From positions 42,681 through 106,680 of the forward strand of contig CAWEQH010000009.1 of NCBI GenBank assembly GCA_963811165.1: DNA of 64,000 bases. The letters run 5' to 3'. The stretch's first letter is position 1. The number at the start of each line of letters is the position of its first letter. Below, in pieces: positions 21,264 to 29,983 of the stretch. The translations under genes and the position numbers were made by a program. The stretch is from an uncultured Nitrospiraceae bacterium (GTDB lineage Bacteria > Nitrospirota > Thermodesulfovibrionia > Thermodesulfovibrionales > UBA6898). The notes beneath the pieces were generated by a model, which was not told where the DNA came from, did no database searches, and saw only the letters and a list, made by a program, of their open reading frames with translations.

Positions 21264-21743
21264 TCACCGGCCCAAGACAGAGTGTCTGCTCAAGTAGAAC
21301 AACCCCGCAGCGATCGAAATAAGCAGAAGGCCTGAGACGGAGAAAAGCCCCCTGAAAAAGTTTTTTATGTCCTGAAGTGAGGGCTTCCCTGCCCAAAGTA
21401 TCTGCGCGAACAACCATAACAGGAATGCATCTGAAAGGGAAAAAGATTTGAGTGTATCAACACCCATAGCGAAGTTTATTTCGGGCACTCCGTTGCGTCC
21501 AATGACACGAAGATACCGCAAGAGAAAAAACAGACCGACCCACCAAAGAAGTGGCGCAATGGCGATGAACGAGGAAAGCACCTTGTATCTTGTTCGTGAT
21601 ATTACGCTGCCGAAGACGAAACTGTTGCCTTCCGCCCTCGGCCAGACTGAAAACCCCTCGGCCTTTCCTAAAACAAGCGCCGCACCATAGTGAGCCAGCT
21701 CGTGCAGGAAGGTGCCGGGGAAGAAGAAGATGAATTTCACCAT
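21264..21743 (-). CDS. Membrane protein with HExxH motif (M50-like metallopeptidase)
   Basis: FPGTFLHELAH, IAIAPL and KPSLQD motifs. Confidence 0.7.
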   Translation of the reverse strand: MVKFIFFFPGTFLHELAHYGAALVLGKAEGFSVWPRAEGNSFVFGSVISRTRYKVLSSFIAIAPLLWWVGLFFLLRYLRVIGRNGVPEINFAMGVDTLKSFSLSDAFLLWLFAQILWAGKPSLQDIKNFFRGLFSVSGLLLISIAAGLFYLSRHSVLGR

Positions 21744-21949
21744 AAGCCGCAGTGTAATAATGTATGTAGTCCTTTGCCCGCAAAAGATGCTCCATTATAA
21801 CAAATAACCGCATCGCGGTCTCATATCTCGTTGACTTGGCAGTGTCCTATGGGCACTGCCGTTGACTTTCCGGACCGGCGTGATAGACTGGAAAAAAATG
21901 AGAGAGAGAACATACGGGACTAGTGCCCCTGTTTTCGCGGGAGGATGCA

Positions 21950-22114
21950 ATGTCCGCTATTCTTTCCAAAGAAGAGATCAGGAAAATACACGTCTACTGG
22001 CGAGCTGCCAACTATCTTTCAGTCAGGGACAAGCTGATTGAACACGAGGAATATATCACAAAGTTTGGAGAGGATATGCCCGAGATAAGAGACTGGACAT
22101 GGCAGGGGAGATGA
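21950..22114 (+). pseudogene. xfp: Phosphoketolase (Xfp) remnant: N- and C-termini fused in frame
   Basis: [10 protein letters not shown] (Xfp start) joined directly to [23 protein letters not shown] (Xfp end). Confidence 0.85.
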
Positions 22115-22728
22115 GCAGGCAGCCTATGGGCCGTCCCCGGGGTGAGCTATGGCTGGTCCGCCACGGTGAGACAGAGTGGAGTGCTTCAGGCCGGCACACG
22201 GGACGAAGCGATGTGGCGCTTACGGAGGAAGGGCGGCGACAGGCCGCACTGCTTACGGAGCGGCTGGCCGGTCGCTCCTTCTCTCACGTCTTGTCGAGTC
22301 CCCTTGCCCGCGCCCTCGATACATGCAAGATTGCAGGGTATGGTGATGCTGCTGAGCTCTCGGACGATCTGCGCGAATGGGATTACGGCGACTATGAAGG
22401 GCTCACTATCACAGAAATTCGGGGCAAGGTACCAGGCTGGACAATATGGAACGGCGACCCGCCGGGCGGGGAAGGCATCGCGCAGGTCGCTGTGCGGGCC
22501 CGAAGGGTGATCGACCGGGCCAGGTCCGCAGGAGGTGATATGGCGCTGTTCGCCCACGGCCATGTGCTCAGGGTCCTGGCCGTATGCTGGCTCGGTCTGC
22601 CGCCTGATAACGGGAGATTCTTTGCCTTGGGTACGGCCTCGCTCAGTATCCTTGGATACGAGCGCGAAACGTCTGTGATAACGTTGTGGAACCAGGAATG
22701 GTGTGAGTATACGAGAAAAAAGAAATGA
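22111..22728 (+). CDS. Histidine phosphatase family protein
   Basis: [17 protein letters not shown] and FAHGHVLR motifs. Confidence 0.92.
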   Translation: MSRQPMGRPRGELWLVRHGETEWSASGRHTGRSDVALTEEGRRQAALLTERLAGRSFSHVLSSPLARALDTCKIAGYGDAAELSDDLREWDYGDYEGLTITEIRGKVPGWTIWNGDPPGGEGIAQVAVRARRVIDRARSAGGDMALFAHGHVLRVLAVCWLGLPPDNGRFFALGTASLSILGYERETSVITLWNQEWCEYTRKKK

Positions 22729-22782
22729 GAGTCACATGAGTGAGAGGGAACTGCTTTTTCGCATGTTCATACTAGATAAAAT

Positions 22783-22936
22783 TAGTGCAGGGACACGTTC
22801 CAAAAAACTTTATAATGCCGCAATTTGGATTATTATGTATCAGACCCTTTTGCGGGTAACGATATCCGCATATTGATCATGAAATCCCTCACAAAGGTGG
22901 CGCAGATAAAATTTTTTTCCACGTCCCCCTGCACTA
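22783..22936. repeat. MITE-like element with imperfect terminal inverted repeats
   Basis: TAGTGCAGGGACACGT.. / ..ACGTCCCCCTGCACTA, with weaker complementarity extending about 35 bp; non-coding. Confidence 0.45.
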
Positions 22937-23087
22937 TTGCTTGAACTACCTATCGATACGCACTATCAAAGTTTAAGGTTGTGCCTGTCATTATAAGTCT
23001 ATAGGAGTGTGCTATAATAGACACCGTTAGCATTTAAAATCAGCGAGTTATGGATGATGAGGTGGCGGGTCCATAGTTCCAGTCGAG

Positions 23088-24590
23088 GTGAAAGTGGAAG
23101 ACAGCAACGAACTCATTAAACAGCGCATCAAAAAAGTGGAAGAGTTGAAGGAGATGGGCATCAAGCCCTACGGCGACCCATTCTCTGCGGACGATCATGC
23201 CGCTGATCTTGTGGCCGGATACAAGGACACGACCAAGGAAGAACTCGAGACCACGCCCGTCACATGCTCACTTGCGGGCAGGATCGTTGCGATGAGGGAC
23301 TTTGGGAAGGCCGCTTTCGCGCATGTCCAGGACGCCACCGGAAAGATGCAGATTTATTTAAAGAAGGACCTCCTCGGGGAAGGGTATACGCTCCTTAAGA
23401 AGATCGATATCGGCGACATCATCGGGCTGAAAGGGAGGCTTTTCAGGACGAGGACGAACGAGCTTACCGTCGAGGTCGTCTCCTTTACGCTCATGACGAA
23501 ATCGATAAGGCCGCTCCCTGAAAAATGGCACGGCCTCAAGGACGTAGAGACCAGATACCGGCAGCGTTACGTCGACCTCATCGTGAACCCCGAGGTCAGG
23601 GAGAATTTCGCCAAGAGAAGCGTGATCATAAAAGGTGTCAGGGACTTCCTGGAATCAAAGGGTTTTATTGAGGTCGAGACCCCGATGATGCATCAGATAC
23701 CGGGCGGTGCTACGGCCAGGCCGTTTAAGACGCATCATAATGCGCTCGATATAGACCTTTATCTCAGGATCGCTCCGGAGCTTTACCTAAAGAGACTCCT
23801 CGTCGGCGGCTACGAAAGGGTATACGAGCTCAACAAGAACTTCCGAAACGAAGGCATATCCACAAAACATAATCCCGAATTTTCGATGCTCGAATTCTAT
23901 ATCGCATACAAAGACTACAACTTCCTCATGGACCTTACCGAGGAAATTATCACCACCGTCGCGATGAAGGCGGCAGGGTCGCTTAAGATACCTTACGGCG
24001 ACGAGACCATCGACCTTACGCCTCCGTGGCCGCGCGTCCCGATGCTCGAAGCTCTGGTAAAAAACGGGGTGCCGGCCGATATCCTTAATGACGCCGAGAA
24101 GGCAAAGACATGGGGAAGGGCGAACAAAATAGACATCCCGGACGGTTCATCCATGGGAAGGATACTCGACGAGATCTTCAAGGAAAAGGTCGAGCCGGGG
24201 CTTATCCAGCCTACGTTTATCACAGACCATCCTGTGGAGCTGTCGCCGCTTGCAAAGAGAAAGGCGGACAACCCCGGGCTGGTCGAGAGGTTCGAGCTCT
24301 TCATCTCATCCAGGGAGCTGGCCAATGCCTTTTCAGAGCTCAACGACCCCTTCGACCAAAAAGGCAGGTTCCTCGAACAGGTGAAGGCCAAACAGGCGGG
24401 CGACGAAGAGGCCCACTGGATGGACGAAGACTTCATAAGAGCGCTCGAATACGGCATGCCGCCTGCCGCAGGCGAGGGTATCGGCATCGACCGGCTTGTC
24501 ATGCTCCTTACGAACTCCCAGTCTATCAGGGACGTGATCCTTTTCCCGCAGCTCAAACCGGAGTATCAGGATATGCCGGACGCCGAATGA
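23088..24590 (+). CDS. lysS: Lysine--tRNA ligase (class II)
   Basis: RYRQRYVDL, YLRIAPELYLKRL, FRNEG and GIGIDRL motifs. Confidence 0.98.
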   Translation: MKVEDSNELIKQRIKKVEELKEMGIKPYGDPFSADDHAADLVAGYKDTTKEELETTPVTCSLAGRIVAMRDFGKAAFAHVQDATGKMQIYLKKDLLGEGYTLLKKIDIGDIIGLKGRLFRTRTNELTVEVVSFTLMTKSIRPLPEKWHGLKDVETRYRQRYVDLIVNPEVRENFAKRSVIIKGVRDFLESKGFIEVETPMMHQIPGGATARPFKTHHNALDIDLYLRIAPELYLKRLLVGGYERVYELNKNFRNEGISTKHNPEFSMLEFYIAYKDYNFLMDLTEEIITTVAMKAAGSLKIPYGDETIDLTPPWPRVPMLEALVKNGVPADILNDAEKAKTWGRANKIDIPDGSSMGRILDEIFKEKVEPGLIQPTFITDHPVELSPLAKRKADNPGLVERFELFISSRELANAFSELNDPFDQKGRFLEQVKAKQAGDEEAHWMDEDFIRALEYGMPPAAGEGIGIDRLVMLLTNSQSIRDVILFPQLKPEYQDMPDAE

Positions 24591-24632
24591 TAGGGCAGGC
24601 CCTCTTAGGTACCCCTCAGCGGTCAGACTGAT

Positions 24633-25868
24633 ATGAACATTTCCTACACGATATTCATAGCCCTCAGGTACCTGAAATCGAAGAAGAGATACAAGGGTGT
24701 CTCGGTAAATACCGCCATTTCGATCGGAGGCGTTGCCGTCGGGGTGATGGCCCTCCTGGTCGTGCTCTCCGTGATGACGGGCTTTCAGCAAGACATTCAA
24801 AAGAAGATCCTGGGCGCCAACGCCCATATCATCATCAGAGACTATAAAGGGGCGATGTCGGCCCCGGCATACGATGAGGTTTCAGAGAAGCTAAGGGGCG
24901 AGAAGGACGTCGTCTCCTTTGCCCCTTTTGTGCTGGGGCAGGTGATGGTCTCATACGGAAAGAGGGCGCACGGGGTCTTTTTGAGGGGTATCGACCCGGA
25001 CAGCGAGTCAAAGACCACGGAGATACTTTCTCATATCAAAGACGGCAGCATCAAAGGGCTTGGGGAGGAGGGCGGTGTGCCGGGTATCATTCTTGGCAAG
25101 GAACTCGCTGCCAACCTCGGCGTTTTCACGGGCGAGAAGATCAATATCGTCTCCCCTATCGGCGAGATAGGCCCGATGGGAATGCTCCCGAAGGTCAAGC
25201 AGTTCAGGGTCGCGGGGATATTCGAGATAGGCATGTTCGAATATGATTCCAACCTCGTGCTTACCGGCATCGGCCCTGCCCAGGATTTTTTCGGCATGAA
25301 GGACCAGATCTCAGGGGTGCAGCTTAAACTCCATGATATCTACAAAGCCCCGCAGGTGAAAAAGAGGATACAGGAGAAACTCGGATTTTCCTACCAGGTG
25401 CTTGACTGGATGCAGATGAACAAGAACCTTTTTTCCGCGCTTAAGCTCGAGAAGTTCGCGATGTTCGTCATCCTCGTCCTGATAGTGCTTGTGGCCTCGT
25501 TTAACATCATCAGCAATCTCATCATGAACGTCATAGAAAAGAGCAGGGAGATCGCGATCCTTAAGGCGATAGGGGCCACCAACGGAGGCATCATGACGGT
25601 ATTTATGCTTCAGGGGCTTTTTATCGGGCTGATAGGGACTGCGATCGGCATCACGGGCGGATATCTGACCGGCTATATTCTTAATAAATACGAATTGATA
25701 AAGCTCCCGGCAGACGTCTATTACCTAAGCCATCTTCCGGTGAAGATGGAGCTTTTCGATTTCGTCACCGTTTGTGTCTCGGCGATTATCATCAGCTTTC
25801 TTGCGACCCTTTATCCCGCATGGCAGGCCGCGAAGCTCAATCCGGTGGAGCCCCTGAGATATGAGTAA
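24633..25868 (+). CDS. lolE: Lipoprotein-releasing ABC permease (LolC/E)
   Basis: VVLSVMTGF, EIAILKAIGA, VYYLSHLP and YPAWQAAKLNPVE motifs. Confidence 0.88.
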   Translation: MNISYTIFIALRYLKSKKRYKGVSVNTAISIGGVAVGVMALLVVLSVMTGFQQDIQKKILGANAHIIIRDYKGAMSAPAYDEVSEKLRGEKDVVSFAPFVLGQVMVSYGKRAHGVFLRGIDPDSESKTTEILSHIKDGSIKGLGEEGGVPGIILGKELAANLGVFTGEKINIVSPIGEIGPMGMLPKVKQFRVAGIFEIGMFEYDSNLVLTGIGPAQDFFGMKDQISGVQLKLHDIYKAPQVKKRIQEKLGFSYQVLDWMQMNKNLFSALKLEKFAMFVILVLIVLVASFNIISNLIMNVIEKSREIAILKAIGATNGGIMTVFMLQGLFIGLIGTAIGITGGYLTGYILNKYELIKLPADVYYLSHLPVKMELFDFVTVCVSAIIISFLATLYPAWQAAKLNPVEPLRYE

Positions 25869-26538
25869 AACGGACCTTATTGTGGCGGTGGGCGTCACAA
25901 AGTCCTTCAAAACAGAGGCTGGAGAGCTGAAGGTCCTCAAAGGCATAGACCTCTCGATCAGAAAGGGAGAGATGCTCGGCATCATAGGGGCCTCGGGCGC
26001 AGGCAAGAGCACGCTTCTTCAGATCCTGGGCGCCCTCGACAGGCCCACCTCGGGCAAGGTCTTTTTCAGGGATAAGGAGATCGCCTCAATGGACGACAAC
26101 TCCCTGGCGCGGCTGAGGAACACGAGCATCGGCTTCGTCTTTCAGTTCCACCACCTGCTTCCCGAATTCAATTCAGTCGAAAACGTGATGTTCCCGGCAA
26201 TCATAAGCGGTATGTCTTTTCCGGAGGCCCAAAAGAAGGCCGAGGCGCTCCTCGGTGAGCTCGGGCTGTCCCAAAGGACGAGACACAGACCCGGCGAGTT
26301 ATCGGGCGGCGAGCAGCAGCGCGTTGCCGTTGCAAGGGCGCTTATCCAGAACCCGGAGGTAGTGCTTGCCGACGAGCCGACCGGGAACCTCGATACGTCT
26401 ACCGGGAACGACCTTTTCGCGTTGTTCCTGGACCTTAACAAAAAAAAGGGGATCACCTTTGTAGTCGTCACGCATAATAAGTCCCTTTCCGACCGCTGCC
26501 ACAGGGTCCTCGAAATGGCGGACGGAATGGTTGTGTAA
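25861..26538 (+). CDS. lolD: Lipoprotein-releasing ABC ATPase
   Basis: GASGAGKST, GFVFQFHHLL, LSGGEQQR and ADEPTGNLD motifs. Confidence 0.92.
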   Translation: MSKTDLIVAVGVTKSFKTEAGELKVLKGIDLSIRKGEMLGIIGASGAGKSTLLQILGALDRPTSGKVFFRDKEIASMDDNSLARLRNTSIGFVFQFHHLLPEFNSVENVMFPAIISGMSFPEAQKKAEALLGELGLSQRTRHRPGELSGGEQQRVAVARALIQNPEVVLADEPTGNLDTSTGNDLFALFLDLNKKKGITFVVVTHNKSLSDRCHRVLEMADGMVV

Positions 26539-26631
26539 GCGAAAAAGGTGACCCCAGCATAAACATAAAGAAAATGCAGACGATCAGACTGCCGCGTTTA
26601 TGGGGATAATAGTAATTCATATCTTTAAGTG

Positions 26632-26904
26632 TCAGTGTTTATTGCTCAGTACCTTGATCTTTCTTGCTGCGAAGAAAGCTTCGGCGCTCACAACCAATTG
26701 GGCTGATATACCGCAAATTAGTAGCATGAGTAATCCATAAAATTTATATTGAAGACCTGTAAGTGCCAGAAGTACCGATATCAAAAAGATCAACAGATAA
26801 AAAACAAGACCTTTTTTCCATTGACCATTATAGAGTTGGCCCAGGCCTGGCGTAATAAATCATAGTATTGCCGCTAATATTGGTCTTCTATTTTTGGTTT
26901 CCAT
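26632..26904 (-). pseudogene. Decayed cassette gene for a membrane protein
   Basis: Hand translation METKNRRPILAAIL*FITPGLGQLYNGQWKKG.. with an internal TGA; begins right after attC 26921-27011; AT-rich. Confidence 0.6.
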
Positions 26905-26920
26905 TTTCTTAATTATTTAC

Positions 26921-27011
26921 GTACAACGACCATGCGAACCAGCGAGCACACAGGCCAAAGATGAAAACCAAAGCGCGTTTATTGCGAGTCTGGTTGAGCG
27001 TTTTGTTCTGC
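26921..27011 (-). mobile_element. Integron attC site (downstream of the TA cassette)
   Basis: Minus strand GCAGAAC-5nt-GCTCAACCAG...CTGGTTCGC-6nt-GTTGTAC. Confidence 0.75.
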
Positions 27012-27251
27012 TCAGATATCTTCTATTTTTGTTCCCAATCCGGATTTGATACTGTGGCGCGCCTGTTCTATTCTCTTAAGAAATCGTGGATCATTTTCCA
27101 GACGATAATCAAACCAGTCTTCTTCGTCCTCGAAGCCGATGAGAACCCCGGCGGGCTTGCCATGGCGCGTTATTATTACTTCTTCCTTTTCCGCCATTCT
27201 TAGAAACTTTGAAAGATCGTCTTTGACTTCCGATAGAGCTGCTTTTTTCAT
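27012..27251 (-). CDS. Phd/YefM family antitoxin (cassette)
   Basis: LSEVKDDLSKFLRMAEKEEVIITRHGKPAGVL. Confidence 0.9.
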   Translation of the reverse strand: MKKAALSEVKDDLSKFLRMAEKEEVIITRHGKPAGVLIGFEDEEDWFDYRLENDPRFLKRIEQARHSIKSGLGTKIEDI

Positions 27252-27253
27252 AT

Positions 27254-27373
27254 TTATTCTCCTGCGTGTTCCAGCCACCGTGCTGCTTTCGGCTTCGGGA
27301 TTATTGCCAAAATTTTGACCGTCTCGTCCTCCACGTCATAAAATACCCTGATATCACCTATCCTCTCCTCCAT
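27254..27373 (-). pseudogene. C-terminal fragment of a RelE/ParE family toxin
   Basis: 39 aa hand translation MEERIGDIRVFYDVEDETVKILAIIPK.., directly upstream of the antitoxin. Confidence 0.7.
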
Positions 27374-27460
27374 AACGAAATGGCTGAGCCGCCGGGGTAA
27401 CCAGCCCGATCCAAAACCAAACCAGTTTTATCCCCGGTCGGATCGAGCCGGGTGTTAGAC
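27370..27460 (-). mobile_element. Integron attC site
   Basis: Minus strand GTCTAAC-5nt-GCTCGATCCGACCGGGG...CCCCGGCGGCTCAGC-6nt-GTTATGG. Confidence 0.8.
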
Positions 27461-27478
27461 ATTTTTTATTTCTCAAAT

Positions 27479-27721
27479 TCATTTTTGTAAAAGTAGTGAG
27501 AATGAAATATAGTAGAAAAACAAAATTACTGGAATTGATGCAATTCCAACAACATTGCAGATAGTCTTTGAATATCCTTGTTTGCTTCTGTACTTAATCA
27601 TCGGGTATGCCCAATATAATTCTCTATATCTTAGGATCCTATAAGTCGCAAATGAGCCATAGGAAGCCAAGAAGAAGTACAACAGACCTGGAATTATATT
27701 TGCTATGTCTCTATTATTCAT
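27479..27721 (-). CDS. Small two-TM hypothetical cassette protein
   Basis: 80 aa, AT-rich, single ORF between two attC sites. Confidence 0.7.
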   Translation of the reverse strand: MNNRDIANIIPGLLYFFLASYGSFATYRILRYRELYWAYPMIKYRSKQGYSKTICNVVGIASIPVILFFYYISFSLLLQK

Positions 27722-27728
27722 TATTGTG

Positions 27729-27819
27729 GTCTAACGATTGCCTTAACCAGCGCGGGCAACCACTGAAGCCTGAAAACGCGCTAGCTTATTCCGCGTCTGT
27801 GTTGAAGGCTTTGTTATGT
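27729..27819 (-). mobile_element. Integron attC site
   Basis: Minus strand ACATAAC-5nt-CTTCAAC...GGTTAAG-6nt-GTTAGAC. Confidence 0.82.
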
Positions 27820-28349
27820 TCATTTGTTTTCCTAAATTCTGCAGCTAATGACGGACGGGAGAGTAGAACAAGTGTGGCTCCAAAGACTATTATGGAAATT
27901 AAATTTTGGATTGTCTGCGCAGGAAAATATTCAAATAATGTTGCCCAATACTTTGGTGAACTCTGAACGCGCCAATATTTTATAAGAGAGACCACTTTCA
28001 GGAGTAACATACCAGTGGCAAAGGACATAGCAATAATCCGGCCAGTTTTTTTCTTTCTAATAAGTAAGAGAGCTGCAACCAGCCCGACCAGAAACATTGA
28101 GACAGACTTGACCCATATGATCATGAGTTCTCTCTTTGTTGAGTCTTCCAATTCCTTTTGGGTTTTATCGCCGAATCCCGCTTCTTTCCTTATAACATCT
28201 GGGGTGTTCCATACTTCATTGATTAATGATTCAATTCTCTCTTGACGGGGATAATAGTGAACAAGTAGAGGAATATGTGACAACCACAATATGAGCCAGA
28301 CAATTCCCATGACTGAAATTATTTTGTCATTTTTCATATTTTTGGACAT
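27786..28349 (-). CDS. Four-TM hypothetical cassette protein (first cassette)
   Basis: ATG lies inside G|TTATGT at 28352; AT-rich; reads into its own attC. Confidence 0.7.
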   Translation of the reverse strand: MSKNMKNDKIISVMGIVWLILWLSHIPLLVHYYPRQERIESLINEVWNTPDVIRKEAGFGDKTQKELEDSTKRELMIIWVKSVSMFLVGLVAALLLIRKKKTGRIIAMSFATGMLLLKVVSLIKYWRVQSSPKYWATLFEYFPAQTIQNLISIIVFGATLVLLSRPSLAAEFRKTNEHNKAFNTDAE

Positions 28350-28400
28350 AACAATTAATATACGAACTTCCTGATTTTCCCCATCTTTGTTATCAATATA
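28346..28400 (-). mobile_element. Probable attI/first-cassette junction
   Basis: Minus strand GAAGTTCGTATATTAATT-GTTATGT. GTTATGT complements this cassette's R'' (ACATAAC), and no attC palindrome lies upstream. Confidence 0.5.
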
Positions 28401-28589
28401 GCACATTCAAAAAAAGGTTTGGAAAAAAAGTGTTTAAAATCAACATGCGTCTATTGCCGTATTCCGTATATTATGGAAATATCGACCAATTACGGATAGT
28501 CGTAAAAACGGGGATATCTTTTGTCTTTAGGTCCTTTAATCCTCGTCGAAAACTTCGGCGAGTCTGCACTATCGGCGGGCAAGATTTTT

Positions 28590-28626
28590 AGAAGGGGGAC
28601 TCTGGACTGTCGAGTCCCCCACTTCT
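28590..28626 (-). terminator. Hairpin downstream of the SOR gene
   Basis: GGGGGACTC-loop-GAGTCCCCC. Confidence 0.45.
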
Positions 28627-28658
28627 GTACTATGGATCCTCAGATTACCAAACCGTAT

Positions 28659-29138
28659 TTACGTCACTTCCACATCGAGGCCGCTTTCCCATAGACCGTG
28701 GAGATTGCAGCGCTGACGGGCGACCAGGGTGACCTTACCGTTTGGAGCGGCCTCTTTAGTCAGCACTACCGTGAAGGCGGCCTTAGGTTTCAGGTATCCC
28801 TTAGACTGAAAGGTGACCATTCCGGCAGGCTCATTGCCGATATTGAGTTCTATATACTCGATCCAGTGTGCAGGCCCCATGACGTGGAGGTTTTCTCCGA
28901 CGCTCACCTCAACGGTGAAGGGTTCTCCGGCCTTCACTTTCCCCGGAGATGTGATAAACGGTGCGTGGCTTTTCTCAAGGGGCGTTTTGTTCTTCGGGTC
29001 TTTTGCCCTGTTAAACGTCTCAAAGAGTGTTTTGTCGACGCCCGTGGGGTAAAAGATATCGGCGCCGATTGCCTTTGCCGCGATGCTGATCGAAAAAGTT
29101 CCGATTGCAGCACTTTTCAGAAAACCTCTTCTGTCCAT
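28659..29138 (-). CDS. Superoxide reductase-like (desulfoferrodoxin ferrous domain) protein with Tat signal
   Basis: MDRRGFLK; EKSHAP, HVMGPAHWIEYI and CNLHGLW ligand motifs. Confidence 0.88.
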   Translation of the reverse strand: MDRRGFLKSAAIGTFSISIAAKAIGADIFYPTGVDKTLFETFNRAKDPKNKTPLEKSHAPFITSPGKVKAGEPFTVEVSVGENLHVMGPAHWIEYIELNIGNEPAGMVTFQSKGYLKPKAAFTVVLTKEAAPNGKVTLVARQRCNLHGLWESGLDVEVT

Positions 29139-29587
29139 GATTACTCCTCCTTTTGAGCTTCGATGATCCGTTCTCTGACTCTAAGATTCTTTTACCATGG
29201 AAATGCTGAACTGACAACTGAAAAATGGCTTAGCGAATGTAAGACGCAAGACGTGAGATGTGAGAAAAAGGAACTTTTCGATTTGTCGAGCGAACGCTTA
29301 AGAATCATCAAAAATACCTAAAAAAACCGTGATTTCAAACTTTCTTCACAATAATCGTTTAAATTAAACGCAGAAAAAATATATTCTAAAGAGGAGATGA
29401 ATGAATGTAAGCGTTGGGTCAATGCACGGCATTTTACCTGCCGTATTGACTGCGGGTACGGGATGTGAGATATTGCTCTTAAGAAAGTGGGAGGCAGCGG
29501 AACGTTTTACAAAAGCGGGTATCTCATAAATAATAGAGATGTTATGTCGCAAACAATATCAAATTTATTAAGATGAGGAGAAGAAGG

Positions 29588-29977
29588 ATGAAAAAAATAG
29601 CTTCAGTAACAATGGTCCTGCTTTTAATAGCGGGCATCGCGTACGCGAAGAATTATGAGGTGAAGAAGAAGGCCGGCGGCTATGACGTGGTCGCTACGCT
29701 TGACAAGAACCCGCCGGTCGCAGGCGACAATATTATTACGGTTGCAATAAAGGACGCATCGGGAAAGGCCGTTACCGACGCCAAGGTAAAGGTTGATTAT
29801 ACGATGCCTGCAATGCCGGGCATGCCTGCGATGAATTATAAGGCCGACGCCAAACTCGCCGGCAGCGAATACAAGGCGACGATGAACCTTTCGATGTCGG
29901 GCTCCTGGAACGTCGCGGTGAAAATCACAAAGGGCGGCAAGACCTCGACGATGAAGTTCAGCGTGGATGCACAGTAA
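29588..29977 (+). CDS. YtkA/FixH-like Met-rich periplasmic protein, copy 1
   Basis: Signal peptide; PPVAGDN, YTMPAMPGMPAMNY and LSMSGSW motifs. Confidence 0.85.
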   Translation: MKKIASVTMVLLLIAGIAYAKNYEVKKKAGGYDVVATLDKNPPVAGDNIITVAIKDASGKAVTDAKVKVDYTMPAMPGMPAMNYKADAKLAGSEYKATMNLSMSGSWNVAVKITKGGKTSTMKFSVDAQ

Positions 29978-29983
29978 GTCTCG

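Noticed and set aside
29205..29265. Short heptamer repeats (GTAAGAC/GCAAGAC/GTGAGAT) as CRISPR or operator
   Set aside because: They are degenerate 7-mers without spacers. I saw no CRISPR array or cas gene in the window.
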